The notes: generated by a model not told the origin, from the letters alone. Shown: positions 37,680 through 50,009, counted from the stretch's first letter. The stretch is DNA of 63,436 nucleotides from Alphaproteobacteria bacterium (GCA_049615605.1 JBMZFW010000001.1:1-63436), one strand, 5' to 3'. Made by a program: numbers and translations.

Positions 37680-38168
37680 TTACCCCCTTTTATCATCCAT
37701 TGCCTTTACCACAACTGGTGAAAGGAATTGGTCAACATTACCGCCAAGTCTGTGAATTTCTTTTACAAATCTTGACGATACGAATTGCTGTGTATCAGAT
37801 GCCATTAAGAATAATGTTTCCACATCATCGGCAATTTTATAATTCATAACCGCCAATTGGAATTCAAATTCAAAATCAGCAACGGCACGCAAGCCCCTGA
37901 TAATTACAGAGGCATTGTTTTTATGTGCCATATTAACAAGCAGTCCAGAAAAGCCCTGTACTTCAACCTTATCAGCCAATCCAAGTTCATTAATAACCGA
38001 TTTTATTAATTCAACCCTTTCGCTAACATTAAAAGTACTTTGCTTTGCATTATCTTCGGCAACACCAATAATTAACTTATCAAATATCTTTATTGACCTT
38101 TTAATAATGTCAATATGCCCATTTGTTATTGGATCAAAACTGCCGGGATAAACTGCTGTCTTAGTCAT
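37680..38168 (-). CDS. coaD: Phosphopantetheine adenylyltransferase
   Basis: The listed ORF extends to 38288, but the canonical N-terminus [18 protein letters not shown] starts at 38168. 8-nt ATGACTAA overlap with the gyrA stop. Confidence 0.93.
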   Translation of the reverse strand: MTKTAVYPGSFDPITNGHIDIIKRSIKIFDKLIIGVAEDNAKQSTFNVSERVELIKSVINELGLADKVEVQGFSGLLVNMAHKNNASVIIRGLRAVADFEFEFQLAVMNYKIADDVETLFLMASDTQQFVSSRFVKEIHRLGGNVDQFLSPVVVKAMDDKRG

Positions 38169-41025
38169 CTTTGCCTTCTTCAACTGTTTCTTCAGATGTT
38201 TCTTCTGATTCAGATGGCGTTTCTTCCGCTTCAGCAGGTGCTTCAGATGTTTCCGCAGATGTGTTTTCACCTGTTTCTTCGCCTTCAACTTCCGTTACTT
38301 CAATTGGATTTCCATCTTCATCATATTCAACTTCATCATCACTTGAACCAAGGTCGTGTAAGTGTGCAACAGATACAACTGAACTGTCATCGCCACCTTC
38401 AACATTAAACAGTCTTACACCTTTTGAATTTCTAGATGTAAATCTGATTGAATTAGTTGGGGTTCTGATGATTTGACCACCTGTTGTTACAAGGATGATT
38501 TCATCTTCTTCTGGGAATATGCAATATGACGCGGTAATTGTTGCCTTGTCATCACGCATTTCCATATTGGCAATACCTTTACCACCACGATTTGTCACGC
38601 GGTAATCATAAGACGATGCCAATTGACCGTAACCATTACTAGATACCGTTAAAATGAAGTTTTCATTTTCAAGCATTGCCTGATAGATTGGATCTTCTAA
38701 TAACTTAGCTTTTTCCATATCTTCAACCGCATTATTAGTTTCTGGGTTATCCAGTCTTAATTTGGCACGAACCGCACCAATGTAATCGCTTCGTTGTTCC
38801 GATGTGGCATCAGAATGGTTAAGGATAGTCATTGATACAACATGGTCTTTGTCTTTTAATTTAATACCACGAACACCCACACTGTTACGACCCGCGAAAA
38901 TACGGATTGCTGTTACTGGGAATCTGATTGCCATACCCATATTAGAAGCAAGCATTACATCATCATCTTCCGAACATGTAAGTACATTGATTAAGCTGTC
39001 ACCTTCTTCTAGTTTCATTGCAATTTTACCATTTGCACGGATATTTACGAAATCAGATAATCTGTTACGACGCACTGTACCTTTTGATGTGGCAAACATT
39101 GCGAATAAGTTTTCCCAAGTATCTTCATCTTCTGGTAATGGCATAATTGCCGTGATTGTTTCGTTTTGTTCAAGTGGTAATAAGTTAATCAAAGCCTTAC
39201 CTTTTGATTGTGTATTACCAAGTGGCAAGCTGTATACTTTCATTTTGTAACAGATACCACGGCTTGAGAATAATAATAATGGTGTGTGTGTATTTTCTGC
39301 AAATACCTTAACAACGAAATCTTCGTCTTTGGTTTGCATACCAATACGACCTTTACCACCACGGCGTTGTGCACGGTATGTATCAAGTGGTACACGCTTA
39401 ATATAACCACTGTGTGTTACCGTTACAACCATATCTTCACGCTGGATTAAGTCTTCCATATCGTGTTCAAATTCACCTTCTTCAATATCCGTTTTACGCG
39501 GTGTTGCGAACTTGTCACGAATTTCAACCAATTCATTTTCCATAACAGTTAATCGTGTTTCACGCGAATAAAGAATATCCAATAATTCAGCAATTCGTTT
39601 TGAAACTTCTTCTGTTTCTTCTTCTAGCTTATCGCGTTCCATACCCGTTAAGCGTTGCAGTCTTAATTCAAGAATTGCTTTTGCTTGTGTTTCAGATAAG
39701 TTGTATTTACCGTCAACAACTTTGTGGTCTTCATCATCAATTAATTCAATGAATTTTGCTACTTCACCAGCAGCCCACTTTGTTTCCATTAATTGTGTGC
39801 GGGCAACCACTGGGTCTTTCGCATTACGAATTAATTCAATAACCGCATCAATATTGGTAATTGCAACCAATAAGCCGGCTAAGATATGGGCACGGTCGCG
39901 TGATTTACCAAGTTGGTACGAAGTTCTTCTTATTACAACTTCTTCACGGAATTCAACGAATGCTTTAATTACATCACGCAGGTTCATTAATTCTGGACGA
40001 CCTTTATTAATCGCCAGCATATTAACACCAAAGCTTGTTTGTAATGGTGTGTGTTTGAATAAGTTTGAAAGAACTACTTCAAATACAGCATCACGCTTAA
40101 TTTCAATTACAACACGAACACCATCGCGGTCAGATTCATCACGTAAGTCGGCAATGCCTTCTACGATACCTTCTTTTACCACTTCGGCAATTCGTTCAAT
40201 TAATCTTGATTTGTTAACTTGGTATGGGATTTCAGTTACAATGATTGCTTCCCTTTGACCAATTTCTTCACGGTGCGTTTTTGAACGCATTAACACCGAA
40301 CCACGACCCGTTGTTGATGCTGAATAACGACCCTTTGTACCAACGATAACACCACCAGTTGGGAAATCAGGTCCCGGTACAATGCTGTATAATTCATCAG
40401 GTGTAATATCGTGGTTATTTAAGTATGCGATACACGCATTTAATACTTCGCCTAAGTTGTGTGATGGAATGTTTGTTGCCATACCAACGGCGATACCGCC
40501 TGCACCGTTTACAAGTAAGTTAGGGAACTTGGCTGGAAGTACAGATGGTTCATTTAATGTTTCATCATAGTTTGGTACGAAATCAACAGTGTCTTTGTCA
40601 ATATCATCAAGTAATGTTTCAGATACCTTTTCAAGACGGGCTTCCGTATAACGCATAGCGGCTGGATTATCACCATCCATAGAACCGAAGTTACCTTGAC
40701 CAGATACCAGTGGTAAACGAAGTGAGAAATCCTGTGCCATACGTGCCATAGCATCGTAAATTGCGCTGTCACCGTGTGGGTGATATTTACCCATTACATC
40801 GCCGACGATACGGGCTGACTTACGGAATGGCTTTGTTGAATCATAACCATTTTCTTTCATTGTATATAAAATACGACGGTGTACTGGTTTCATACCATCA
40901 CGAACATCTGGTAATGCCCTTGATACAATTACGCTCATCGCGTAATCAAGGTATGATTTTTGCATTTCCGATTCAATTGCAATTGGCTCAATGCCTAATT
41001 CATCAGTTGTGTTAATTTCACTCAC
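38161..41025 (-). CDS. gyrA: DNA gyrase subunit A with a long acidic C-terminal tail
   Basis: Listed ORF, 954 aa. GTG start 9 nt after AGGA. QRDR context [12 protein letters not shown]. The last ~60 residues are Glu/Asp/Ser/Thr-rich. Confidence 0.96.
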   Translation of the reverse strand: MSEINTTDELGIEPIAIESEMQKSYLDYAMSVIVSRALPDVRDGMKPVHRRILYTMKENGYDSTKPFRKSARIVGDVMGKYHPHGDSAIYDAMARMAQDFSLRLPLVSGQGNFGSMDGDNPAAMRYTEARLEKVSETLLDDIDKDTVDFVPNYDETLNEPSVLPAKFPNLLVNGAGGIAVGMATNIPSHNLGEVLNACIAYLNNHDITPDELYSIVPGPDFPTGGVIVGTKGRYSASTTGRGSVLMRSKTHREEIGQREAIIVTEIPYQVNKSRLIERIAEVVKEGIVEGIADLRDESDRDGVRVVIEIKRDAVFEVVLSNLFKHTPLQTSFGVNMLAINKGRPELMNLRDVIKAFVEFREEVVIRRTSYQLGKSRDRAHILAGLLVAITNIDAVIELIRNAKDPVVARTQLMETKWAAGEVAKFIELIDDEDHKVVDGKYNLSETQAKAILELRLQRLTGMERDKLEEETEEVSKRIAELLDILYSRETRLTVMENELVEIRDKFATPRKTDIEEGEFEHDMEDLIQREDMVVTVTHSGYIKRVPLDTYRAQRRGGKGRIGMQTKDEDFVVKVFAENTHTPLLLFSSRGICYKMKVYSLPLGNTQSKGKALINLLPLEQNETITAIMPLPEDEDTWENLFAMFATSKGTVRRNRLSDFVNIRANGKIAMKLEEGDSLINVLTCSEDDDVMLASNMGMAIRFPVTAIRIFAGRNSVGVRGIKLKDKDHVVSMTILNHSDATSEQRSDYIGAVRAKLRLDNPETNNAVEDMEKAKLLEDPIYQAMLENENFILTVSSNGYGQLASSYDYRVTNRGGKGIANMEMRDDKATITASYCIFPEEDEIILVTTGGQIIRTPTNSIRFTSRNSKGVRLFNVEGGDDSSVVSVAHLHDLGSSDDEVEYDEDGNPIEVTEVEGEETGENTSAETSEAPAEAEETPSESEETSEETVEEGKDD

Positions 41026-41213
41026 TTTATTTTATCCTAACTATCAATATATTGTTATTATTTGTTTAACTTTAAAAGTTTAAGTCAAAATATAGGACTT
41101 TACAAGCAAAAAACATAGCAACTTTTAAAATACCCCCTTTAAAATCGATTTTTGGGCTATTTTATTATTCTACACAAAAATATATGTTTAATTATTGAAA
41201 AAAATAAAAACAG

Positions 41214-41244
41214 GTTTTAATTGACTTAGAATCAAAAAAGCCAA
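41214..41244. repeat. 31-nt terminator-associated module, copy 2
   Basis: GTTTTAATTGACTTAGAATCAAAAAAGCCAA. See copy 1 at 34913-34943. Confidence 0.7.
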
Positions 41245-41280
41245 TGAGAATTTTACATTAAGTAAATGATACCATTGGCT
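41234..41280 (-). terminator. Intrinsic terminator after ssb (long loop)
   Basis: AGCCAATG / CATTGGCT 8-bp stem with a 26-nt loop. On the minus strand it is followed by T6. Confidence 0.55.
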
Positions 41281-41310
41281 TTTGAAGATAATTAACAATT
41301 AAAATCTATT

Positions 41311-41823
41311 TTAGAATGGGATTTCATCGTCCAAATCGCTTATCGCATTATTATCGGCTGAACCCGCTGATGAAAATGCATTATCGCTTGTTTGGTTATT
41401 TGATGCGAACGAAGTACCGCCCGATTGTGCCTGTGATTGTGAATTATCATAACCACCGCCAACACTTTGTCTGCCACCTGCGCTATCAAGCATAGTAAGG
41501 CTTCCTTCAAAGTTTGTAAGGACAACTTCTGTTGTGTAAACATCTTGCCCTTGGTTATTTTGCCATTTGCGTGTTCTTAGTTGACCTTCAAGGTAAAGTT
41601 TTGAACCTTTATCAATATAACTTTCAATGATTTTAGTTAAACCACCGAATACAACAACACGGTGCCATTCAGTGCGTGTTTGGCGTTCGCCATTTTGGTC
41701 TTTCCAGCTGTCTGATGTTGCAACAGAAAAGCTTGCAACTTTATCCCCGCTTTGCGTGTTGCGGATTTCTGGCTTTGCACCAACGTTACCAACTAAAATT
41801 ACTTTATTTACACTGCCTGACAT
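41311..41823 (-). CDS. ssb: Single-stranded DNA-binding protein
   Basis: Listed ORF, 170 aa. OB-fold N-terminus, Gly/Gln/Ser-rich linker, C-terminal DDEIPF. Confidence 0.96.
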   Translation of the reverse strand: MSGSVNKVILVGNVGAKPEIRNTQSGDKVASFSVATSDSWKDQNGERQTRTEWHRVVVFGGLTKIIESYIDKGSKLYLEGQLRTRKWQNNQGQDVYTTEVVLTNFEGSLTMLDSAGGRQSVGGGYDNSQSQAQSGGTSFASNNQTSDNAFSSAGSADNNAISDLDDEIPF

Positions 41824-41996
41824 TATTTTTTCCTTACTTTCAAACTGTTATTATTAATATTATTTTTTGCAAATAAAACTTTAACAGGTTTTAACAAAAC
41901 TTTAAACAAAAAAATATATTTATTTTATCTTAACAACGACACATATATGTGGTACAATTTCCAATTCGTAATAATAAAAATAAAAGGCAAATAATA

Positions 41997-44819
41997 ATGA
42001 AAAACGATAAAATAGTAGTAACAGGCGCCAGAGAACACAATCTTAAAAATGTAAATGTCACAATTCCGCGTGATAAACTTGTTGTAATTACGGGACTTTC
42101 AGGTTCAGGTAAGTCATCACTTGCATTTGATACTATTTATGCGGATGGTCAACGCCGTTATGTGGAAAGCTTATCTGCATACGCGCGTCAATTCCTTGAA
42201 ATGATGGCAAAACCAGATGTGGACAGCATCGAAGGTTTATCCCCTGCTATTTCCATTGAACAAAAGACAACATCAAAAAATCCAAGATCAACCGTTGGTA
42301 CTGTTACGGAAATTTATGATTACTTACGCCTATTATTTGCCCGTGTTGGTATCCCATACAGCCCAACCACTGGTCAACCAATTGAAAGCATGTCAATTTC
42401 AAGTATCGTTGATAACATTCTTAACCTTGGCGAAGAAACAAAGTTAATGTTATTATCGCCAATTGTGCGTGGTCGCAAAGGCGAATACAAAAAAGAATTT
42501 GTTACATTACAACGCAAAGGCTTTGCCCGTGTAAAAATTGATGGCAATATTCACGAAATTGACGAAGTACCAGAACTGGATAAAAACATCAAACACACTA
42601 TTGAAGTTGTCGTTGACAGAATCATTGTTAAAGAAGAAGCAAAACAAAGAATTGCATCATCGGTTGAAACCGCACTTAATTTATCAGATGGTATTATAGT
42701 CGTTGAAGAAGCAAGTAATTCAAATCGTCGCCATATTTTTTCTTCAAAGTTTTCTTGCCCTGAAAGTGGATTTTCTATTGAAGAGATTGAACCAAGAATA
42801 TTTTCATTCAATTCACCATTTGGTGCGTGTACAGTTTGTGATGGCTTGGGTAAAAGCAAAGCATTCAGCCAAGATTTAATTGTGGAAGACGAAAACCTTT
42901 CATTATCAGAAGGTGCAATTACCCCATGGGAAAGAAGTCAAAATAAATTATATCACCAAACATTGGTTTCAATTGCCAATCATTATGATGTTGATATGAC
43001 AACACCGTGGGAATTTCTTGATGATAAATTTAAATCAACAATTCTGTATGGTACAAAGGACACTATTAAGTTTGATTATGACGATGGGATTAAATCATTT
43101 TCAACGGAAAAACCTTTTGAAGGTGTAATTCCAAATATGGAAAGAAAATACCGTGAAGCCAACCAAGCAACAAAAGAAGACCTTGAAAAATATCAAGACG
43201 AAGTTAAATGTAGTGAATGTTCTGGTCACCGCTTAAAACTGGAATCTTTAAGTGTTAAGATTGCCAGTTTACATATTGGTGAAGTAAGTTCAATGTCAAT
43301 TTCAAAAGCTTTAAAATGGTTCAAAGAATTACCAGAAAACCTTAGCAAGCAACAAAACCTTATTGGTGAAAAAATTATTAAAGAAATAAGCGACAGATTA
43401 CAATTCCTTGACAATGTGGGGTTAAGTTATCTTTCACTTTCAAGGAAATCAGGGACATTATCTGGTGGTGAAAGCCAACGAATAAGGCTTGCCAGTCAAA
43501 TTGGTTCTGGCTTAACCGGTGTGTTATATGTACTTGATGAACCAAGCATTGGTCTGCACCAAAGGGATAATGACAAATTACTTGATACATTAAAGACATT
43601 GCGTGACCAAGGAAACACTGTCCTAGTCGTGGAACACGATGAAGATGCAATTAAATCAGCCGACTATGTTATTGATATTGGTCCAGGTGCTGGTGTTAAT
43701 GGTGGTAAAGTTATTGCCCAAGGTTCACTTGATAAAATAATGAAAGCCAAAGACAGTATCACCGCACAATACTTATCAGGTGAAAAGAAAATTGAAGTAC
43801 CAAAGAAACGCCGTAAAGGTAATGGTAAATTTATTGAATTAAAAGGTGCAAGACAAAACAACTTAAAAAATGTTGATTTAAAAATTCCACTTGGAACATT
43901 TACTTGTATCACGGGGGTTTCTGGTTCGGGTAAATCAACATTAACCCTTGATACATTAAAATCAATCCTTAGCCGTGATTTAATGGGGGCAAAAACAACC
44001 CCTGGTGAATACGATTCAATTTCGGGCGTGCATCACCTTGATAAGATTATTGATATTGACCAATCACCAATTGGACGAACACCAAGATCAAACCCAGCAA
44101 CATATACGGGTGCATTTACACATATTCGTGATTGGTTTACCGCCCTGCCTGAATCAAAGGCACGCGGTTATCAATCGGGACGATTTTCATTCAACGCCAA
44201 AGGTGGTCGTTGTGAAGGTTGCCAAGGTGATGGTGTAATTAAAATTGAAATGCACTTTTTACCAGATGTGTATGTGGAATGCGACCAATGTAAAGGTAAA
44301 CGATATAACCGTGAAACATTGGAAATTCTAAACAAAGGTAAAAATATTTCTGATGTACTAGATATGACAATTGATGAGGCAGAAGAATTCTTTAACGCAA
44401 TTCCAACAATTAATGAAAAGATGAAAACTTTACAAGAAGTTGGTCTTGGTTATATTAAAGTTGGGCAAAAGGCAACAACCCTTTCCGGTGGTGAAGCACA
44501 AAGAATTAAGCTATCCAAAGAATTATCAAGACGCGCAACTGGTCGTACAATGTATATTCTTGATGAACCAACAACTGGTTTACACTTTGAAGATGTAAAG
44601 AATTTATTAAAAGTACTTCACGCATTGGTTGAAAACGGAAATACTGTTGTGGTTATTGAACACAACCTTGATGTTATTAAAACCGCTGACTGGATTGTTG
44701 ATATTGGTCCAGATGGTGGCGATAAAGGTGGCGAAATAATGGGAAGCGGTGTTCCAGAAGATATAGTTAAAATTGACAAATCATTTACCGCTAAGTATTT
44801 GAAAGAGTATTTAAAATAA
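41997..44819 (+). CDS. uvrA: Excinuclease ABC subunit A
   Basis: Listed ORF 41949..44819. ATG 41997 ([19 protein letters not shown]...) is the canonical N-terminus and lies 9 nt after AAGG. Two ABC ATPase modules and zinc-finger cysteines. Confidence 0.96.
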   Translation: MKNDKIVVTGAREHNLKNVNVTIPRDKLVVITGLSGSGKSSLAFDTIYADGQRRYVESLSAYARQFLEMMAKPDVDSIEGLSPAISIEQKTTSKNPRSTVGTVTEIYDYLRLLFARVGIPYSPTTGQPIESMSISSIVDNILNLGEETKLMLLSPIVRGRKGEYKKEFVTLQRKGFARVKIDGNIHEIDEVPELDKNIKHTIEVVVDRIIVKEEAKQRIASSVETALNLSDGIIVVEEASNSNRRHIFSSKFSCPESGFSIEEIEPRIFSFNSPFGACTVCDGLGKSKAFSQDLIVEDENLSLSEGAITPWERSQNKLYHQTLVSIANHYDVDMTTPWEFLDDKFKSTILYGTKDTIKFDYDDGIKSFSTEKPFEGVIPNMERKYREANQATKEDLEKYQDEVKCSECSGHRLKLESLSVKIASLHIGEVSSMSISKALKWFKELPENLSKQQNLIGEKIIKEISDRLQFLDNVGLSYLSLSRKSGTLSGGESQRIRLASQIGSGLTGVLYVLDEPSIGLHQRDNDKLLDTLKTLRDQGNTVLVVEHDEDAIKSADYVIDIGPGAGVNGGKVIAQGSLDKIMKAKDSITAQYLSGEKKIEVPKKRRKGNGKFIELKGARQNNLKNVDLKIPLGTFTCITGVSGSGKSTLTLDTLKSILSRDLMGAKTTPGEYDSISGVHHLDKIIDIDQSPIGRTPRSNPATYTGAFTHIRDWFTALPESKARGYQSGRFSFNAKGGRCEGCQGDGVIKIEMHFLPDVYVECDQCKGKRYNRETLEILNKGKNISDVLDMTIDEAEEFFNAIPTINEKMKTLQEVGLGYIKVGQKATTLSGGEAQRIKLSKELSRRATGRTMYILDEPTTGLHFEDVKNLLKVLHALVENGNTVVVIEHNLDVIKTADWIVDIGPDGGDKGGEIMGSGVPEDIVKIDKSFTAKYLKEYLK

Positions 44820-46207
44820 TGACTAAGACAGTTCATATCATTGGTGGTGGTCTTGCCGGAAGCGAAGCAACTTGGCAATTAATAAACCGTGGTATACCCG
44901 TTGTATTATATGAAATGCGTGGCGATAAAAATGTGGCTGGTACAAAAGAAACATTTGCCCATCAAACAACAAATTTTGCCGAACTAGTTTGTTCCAATTC
45001 ATTCCGCAGTGATGACCACACAAATTCAGGTGTGGGCGTATTACACGAAGAAATGCGCCGAATGGGAAGCTTAATTATGCAATCAGCGGAAAAACACAGA
45101 TTACCCGCTGGCGGTGCGTTGGCGGTTGACCGTGAACCATTTGCAGAAACAATCACAAATAAATTAGAAAAACATCCACTTGTGACAATAAAGCGTGGGG
45201 AAATTGAATCAATACCAGATGAAGATTTTGTTTTAATTGCCACAGGTCCATTAACAAGTGAAAAGCTTACCGCTGATATATTGGATAAAACCAATTCAAC
45301 AAGCTTACATTTCTTTGATGCCATTGCCCCTATTGTCCATTTTGAAAGCATTAATATGGAAAAAGCGTGGTATCAATCCCGCTATGATAAAGGCGATGGT
45401 AAAGATTACATCAATTGCCCAATGGAAGAAGACGAATACAACAATTTCATTACCGCTTTAACAACGGCGGAATATACGGAATTTAAAGACTGGGAAAAAG
45501 ATACTCCATATTTTGAAGGTTGTCTGCCGATTGAAGTAATGGCATCACGCGGGGTTGAAACTTTGCGATATGGACCAATGAAACCAGTTGGCTTAACTTC
45601 CCCACATACGGGCAAAGGTGCGTATGCGGTGGTACAGCTTCGCCGTGATAATGCGTCTGGTACATTATGGAATATTGTTGGTTTCCAAACAAAAATGAAA
45701 TATGCAGACCAATTAAGGGTATTTAAAACCATTGGTGGATTGGAAAATGCGGACTTTGCCCGATTGGGTGGGATTCACAGAAATACTTTTATTAACAGCC
45801 CAAGCTTGCTTGAAAGAACAATGAATTTAAAATCGCATAAAAACATTTACTTTGCGGGACAAATAACGGGCGTGGAAGGATATGTTGAATCCACATCAAT
45901 GGGTTTACTTGCGGGCAGATTTATTGCCAGTAAGATTTTAGGTATGGAAATTGATATGCCACCAAAGGAGACAGCAATTGGTTCATTGCTTGCCCATATT
46001 ACTGGTGATGCGGTTGCAGAAACATTCCAACCAATGAATATTAACTTTGGTCTTATGCCAGAAGTACCAGTTGAAATTACCCCAAATGGTAAAAAGCGAA
46101 AATTAAAAGGCAAAGAACGAAAAGAATTCCAAGCAAAAAGAGCATTAGATGCCTTTGATGAATGGATTGCAAAAGCCAACCTTGGTAAAGTCAAAGAAGT
46201 TATTTAA
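44819..46207 (+). CDS. trmFO: Folate/FAD-dependent tRNA (uracil54-C5)-methyltransferase
   Basis: Listed ORF, 462 aa. N-terminal [20 protein letters not shown] 1-nt overlap with the uvrA stop. Confidence 0.92.
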   Translation: MTKTVHIIGGGLAGSEATWQLINRGIPVVLYEMRGDKNVAGTKETFAHQTTNFAELVCSNSFRSDDHTNSGVGVLHEEMRRMGSLIMQSAEKHRLPAGGALAVDREPFAETITNKLEKHPLVTIKRGEIESIPDEDFVLIATGPLTSEKLTADILDKTNSTSLHFFDAIAPIVHFESINMEKAWYQSRYDKGDGKDYINCPMEEDEYNNFITALTTAEYTEFKDWEKDTPYFEGCLPIEVMASRGVETLRYGPMKPVGLTSPHTGKGAYAVVQLRRDNASGTLWNIVGFQTKMKYADQLRVFKTIGGLENADFARLGGIHRNTFINSPSLLERTMNLKSHKNIYFAGQITGVEGYVESTSMGLLAGRFIASKILGMEIDMPPKETAIGSLLAHITGDAVAETFQPMNINFGLMPEVPVEITPNGKKRKLKGKERKEFQAKRALDAFDEWIAKANLGKVKEVI

Positions 46208-46408
46208 TTATTTATAAAAATTTTCAAAATACTTTTCTCTATCAGCCTTTAACATACCAATTGTATCGTCCATAAATTTATTTCTGTCTTCTCTGGACTT
46301 AAAAATCCAAATACATACACTATCTTTTCCGTGGTATATGGCTTTTAATTCATCATCTATTTGACATAATTCTTCAGGCATATCTACTTTTATACAAATA
46401 TTACTCAT
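46208..46408 (-). CDS. Hypothetical 66-aa protein, no family recognised
   Basis: Listed ORF. AAAGAGA lies 6 nt before the ATG. It lies 11 nt downstream of the LysE-family gene, and its stop abuts the trmFO stop. Confidence 0.5.
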   Translation of the reverse strand: MSNICIKVDMPEELCQIDDELKAIYHGKDSVCIWIFKSREDRNKFMDDTIGMLKADREKYFENFYK

Positions 46409-46419
46409 TGTTATTCTCT

Positions 46420-47049
46420 TTAATTAATAATGTTATAAACATCAATTAATGATGTATAAAATGGCGGTAATGTTTCATACAACAACCACCCACCAAGAAC
46501 AATATTTAACATTCGCAAGCGTTTTGGTGTTGATAAGAAACCTTTGAAATAATAAGGAACTGCATTCCATATTAAACAAGGGATAGTTGACACAACATAA
46601 AGCCACCAAAATGCGGTTGCCTGTGGCAATAATGGTTCATTCGGTATAAGAAACGCACTTGCAACGCCGATGGAAATTGCCCACGCCTTACCATTTATAA
46701 TTTGCAATCCAACCGCACCCCAAAAACCAATATATTTTAATTTTTTATCTGAATTAATATCTGGTTTACTTAATAATATTTTAACCCCAATATATACCAA
46801 CAACAAGCCACCAAACAGACGGAAGTATGGTTCAAAACCATATTCCATTATTGGCTTTAACAAGAACACAACCCCCGCACCCATTAATGGCCAACCAACC
46901 AATACACCAAGACGGTATATTAATGCTTTTTTAAGACCATAATTAAGTGTAAATAAAAATGATAAGATATTATTAAGACCAGGTGTAATATGCATAATTA
47001 ATGAAAACATTAATGCAGAATAAAATACATTCCAGTTAATTAATTCCAT
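46420..47049 (-). CDS. LysE/RhtB-family amino-acid exporter
   Basis: Listed ORF, 209 aa. Multi-pass membrane protein with the N-terminal ITPGLNN-type motif. Confidence 0.8.
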   Translation of the reverse strand: MELINWNVFYSALMFSLIMHITPGLNNILSFLFTLNYGLKKALIYRLGVLVGWPLMGAGVVFLLKPIMEYGFEPYFRLFGGLLLVYIGVKILLSKPDINSDKKLKYIGFWGAVGLQIINGKAWAISIGVASAFLIPNEPLLPQATAFWWLYVVSTIPCLIWNAVPYYFKGFLSTPKRLRMLNIVLGGWLLYETLPPFYTSLIDVYNIIN

Positions 47050-47190
47050 CTTTGCCCCCCTGCTAGCTTTAAATACATATATTTAAATGGATACCTTAGC
47101 GTCCAAAATGTCCACATAACAACAATGTATAATATTTGTATTAAAACAACAAGGATTTCAAATATAAAAACAGATACTTGTAATAAAGTA

Positions 47191-48132
47191 TTAATCATTT
47201 TCTTGATTTTGTTCCAATTTAAACTTTGCTTTAATTGGGTCAACAAATTCGTCTGTTGTACCACGGTTTGGTTTAAAGGCTAGTAAAATTGGAATAGCAA
47301 GGAAGTTTGATGAATAAGTACCAATAACAACACCTATAATCATTGCAAAAGTAAATCCAGCAATTACTTCGCCACCAAAGATATATAACGCCATCAATGC
47401 AATCAATGTTGTAACCGATGTCATAATAGTACGGTTTAATGATTGGTTAATAGACATATTAAATATTTCTTTGTATTCCTTATTCGTGTGTTTAATAAAG
47501 TTTTCACGCACACGGTCAAAAATTACCACCGTATCGTTAATTGAATAACCAGCAATTGTTAATATGGCTGCCAGTACAGGTAAGCCAAATTCAATATTAA
47601 ATAATGCAACAACACCCATTGTAATTAATACATCGTGGAATAATGCCACAAGTGCGGCTAAACTGTATTGCCACTCAAATCTGAACCAAATATATAACAT
47701 CATTGCTAGTAATGAATAAAATACCGCCCACATTGCATCTTGTTTTAATTCGTCCCCCACAACTGGACCAACCAATTCAACACGGCGGAATTCAATTACA
47801 TCATAGTTAATTGTTTCTTTGATTAATTTAATACCATCATTTAAATCCATATTATCAACCGATGAACGGATTAAGATATCATCTGGATTACCAAATTCTT
47901 GTAATGAAGAATCAATATTATCAAGCTTTGAAATCTTTGACCTTAAATCAGAAATTGTAACGCCTTGTTTAACCTTAACTTCAATTAATAAACCGCCTGA
48001 AAAATCAATGCCGTAATTGATACCTTTAACACCGATTAAAGCAAGACTAGATACGATAAACACCAATGAAGCAATAACAAATAGCTTCACCCTTTTCATA
48101 AAATTAAAATTAGCGTTTGATAAAAACTTCAT
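47191..48132 (-). CDS. secF: Protein translocase subunit SecF
   Basis: The listed ORF extends to 48216. ATG 48132 (MKFLSNANFNFMK...) lies 2 nt after the secD stop. Confidence 0.93.
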   Translation of the reverse strand: MKFLSNANFNFMKRVKLFVIASLVFIVSSLALIGVKGINYGIDFSGGLLIEVKVKQGVTISDLRSKISKLDNIDSSLQEFGNPDDILIRSSVDNMDLNDGIKLIKETINYDVIEFRRVELVGPVVGDELKQDAMWAVFYSLLAMMLYIWFRFEWQYSLAALVALFHDVLITMGVVALFNIEFGLPVLAAILTIAGYSINDTVVIFDRVRENFIKHTNKEYKEIFNMSINQSLNRTIMTSVTTLIALMALYIFGGEVIAGFTFAMIIGVVIGTYSSNFLAIPILLAFKPNRGTTDEFVDPIKAKFKLEQNQEND

Positions 48133-48134
48133 AA

Positions 48135-49652
48135 TTAAAACCCTTTTGGTAAAGCACTTGGCATTTTTCTTCGTACCCAAGTGATAAGCAACCACTTTGT
48201 AATCATAATTGCACAAAACATACTAGTAATAATACCAATTGATAATGTCACAGCAAAGCCTTGTACTGGACCAGTACCGAATACATAAAGGATAACGCCC
48301 GCAATAAGACCCGTTGTATTTGCATCAACAATTGTAACAAATGCAGAAGAAAATCCGCGTTCAAGTGCCGTGTCTACTTTTGCACCATTATTGTATTCTT
48401 CACGGATGCGTTCAAATATTAATACATTGGCATCAACCGCCATACCGATTGTAAGTACGATACCTGCAATCCCTGGTAATGTTAAGGTTGCTTGTAATAA
48501 TGTTAATACTGCTAAGATTAAAACAACATTTACCGTAAGTGAAACAACCGCATAAAATCCAAATCTTCTGTATGCAATAATCATAAATATTACAACAAAT
48601 ACAAGTGCAAGGATAATTGCGATTTTACCCGCATTGATACTGTCGGCACCAAGCCCCGCACCAACGGTACGTTCTTCCACCACATCAAGCGGTGCAGGTA
48701 ATGCACCCGCACGAAGTAAAATTGATAATTCATTTACTTCTTCAACTTCAAAATTCCCAGAAATAATACCAGAACCACCCATAATTGGTTCATTTACAAC
48801 TGGTGAAGAAATTACTTTACCATCAAGTAAGATAGCAATTCTTTTACCCACATTCTTTGATGTAAGGCGACCAAACTTTCTTGCCCCTGCTGTGTCAAAG
48901 CGGAATGAAACAACTGGTCTGTTTTCGCTGTATGATGCTTGGGCATCAGTTAAGTTTTCACCCGTCACATACGCACGGCTTTTAAGAACAATGTCATTAC
49001 CACTTTCATCTTCGGTTAAGAATGAATTTGCACCAACAACACCGCTTGTATCTTCCACATGGAAAGAAAGCTTAGCTGTTTTGCCAAGTAATGATTTAAT
49101 TTTTTCTGGATTCTTTTCACCCGGTAATTGGACAACAATTCTGTCCACACCTTGTCTTTGAATAAGCGGTTCTTGTGTACCCGTTGCATCAATACGACGA
49201 CGGATAATTTCAATTGTTTGGGCAACAACATCAATTAATTTCTTATCAACACCACCATCGGTAAGGCTGTATTCAATAGTATTACCATTTGTTGTGGCAT
49301 TAATATTTGCAACTAAGAACCTAGTAAATTTTCTTGCTTGTTCGGATTTTGATGAATCCCTTAATACAACAACTAGCTTGTCATCTTCGCCTTTGATAGT
49401 TTTGTATTTAATTTTTTCTTTTCTTAATGTTTGACGAACAGTATCACCAAGATCAGCATAAAAATCTTTAAGTACAGATTTTCTGTCCACTTGTAATAAC
49501 AAGTGGGCACCACCTTGTAAATCAAGTCCCAGCTTAACAGTTTGGCTAGGCATTGGTTCAGGTAATTTAATAGCATTAGGCAGTGCTGTTATAAAACCCA
49601 GCACCACCACTAATGCGATAATAATTTTCTTTGGTAAAGAATATTCGTTCAT
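48135..49652 (-). CDS. secD: Protein translocase subunit SecD
   Basis: Listed ORF, 505 aa. Typical SecD periplasmic and TM architecture (LGLDLQGG...). Confidence 0.95.
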   Translation of the reverse strand: MNEYSLPKKIIIALVVVLGFITALPNAIKLPEPMPSQTVKLGLDLQGGAHLLLQVDRKSVLKDFYADLGDTVRQTLRKEKIKYKTIKGEDDKLVVVLRDSSKSEQARKFTRFLVANINATTNGNTIEYSLTDGGVDKKLIDVVAQTIEIIRRRIDATGTQEPLIQRQGVDRIVVQLPGEKNPEKIKSLLGKTAKLSFHVEDTSGVVGANSFLTEDESGNDIVLKSRAYVTGENLTDAQASYSENRPVVSFRFDTAGARKFGRLTSKNVGKRIAILLDGKVISSPVVNEPIMGGSGIISGNFEVEEVNELSILLRAGALPAPLDVVEERTVGAGLGADSINAGKIAIILALVFVVIFMIIAYRRFGFYAVVSLTVNVVLILAVLTLLQATLTLPGIAGIVLTIGMAVDANVLIFERIREEYNNGAKVDTALERGFSSAFVTIVDANTTGLIAGVILYVFGTGPVQGFAVTLSIGIITSMFCAIMITKWLLITWVRRKMPSALPKGF

Positions 49653-49664
49653 TGTTAAAATAAA

Positions 49665-49967
49665 TTATTTTTTTTCAACATCAAGTAATGTTGACTTAAT
49701 AACAACCACTTCAACTTTTGGAGCAATCTCAACAGAAACATTTTCTTCGTCAACTTTTGTTACTTTGGCTTTGATACCACCGCTTGTGATAACAGTATCG
49801 CCCTTAACAACCGCGTTTAATTTTGCACGGTGTTCTTTTTGTCTTTTTTGTTGTGGACGGATAAGTAAGAAGTAAAAGATTACAAAGATAATAATCAATG
49901 GTAAAAATTGTGCCAAGATACTTGGTTGACCAGCTGTTGATGCAGCAAATGCAGGTGTAATAAACAT
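49665..49967 (-). CDS. yajC: Preprotein translocase subunit YajC
   Basis: Listed ORF, 100 aa. Motif FYFLLIRPQQKRQKEH. Confidence 0.93.
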   Translation of the reverse strand: MFITPAFAASTAGQPSILAQFLPLIIIFVIFYFLLIRPQQKRQKEHRAKLNAVVKGDTVITSGGIKAKVTKVDEENVSVEIAPKVEVVVIKSTLLDVEKK

Positions 49968-50009
49968 TTAAAAATCCTTTTCGTTGTTTAATTAAATTTA
50001 AGTTGCTTC

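Noticed and set aside
38169-38288. Lys-rich 40-residue N-terminal extension of the coaD ORF, and similar extensions at 41949-41996 (uvrA), 48133-48216 (secF) and 37304-37354 (metZ)
   Set aside because: The extensions overlap the preceding gene out of frame. For coaD, the extension is the reverse reading of the gyrA acidic-tail region. The canonical N-termini begin at the internal ATGs, which have better RBS spacing.
41141-41152. 12-bp perfect palindrome AAAATCGATTTT upstream of gyrA
   Set aside because: It is a short, almost pure A/T palindrome in an AT-rich spacer. It matches no regulator motif I know, and I saw no second copy in the window.
41891-41905. TTAA-N7-TTAA (CtrA-box-like) in the ssb/uvrA spacer
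   Set aside because: TTAA is very frequent in this AT-rich DNA. A neighbouring candidate has N6 spacing. A single half-consensus hit cannot be distinguished from chance without genome-wide statistics.
47068-47087. TTTAAATA-CATA-TATTTAAA inverted repeat about 20 nt upstream of the LysE-family gene
   Set aside because: It is an entirely A/T-rich palindrome. It is plausible as an operator but equally likely by chance in this composition, and no supporting second site was found.
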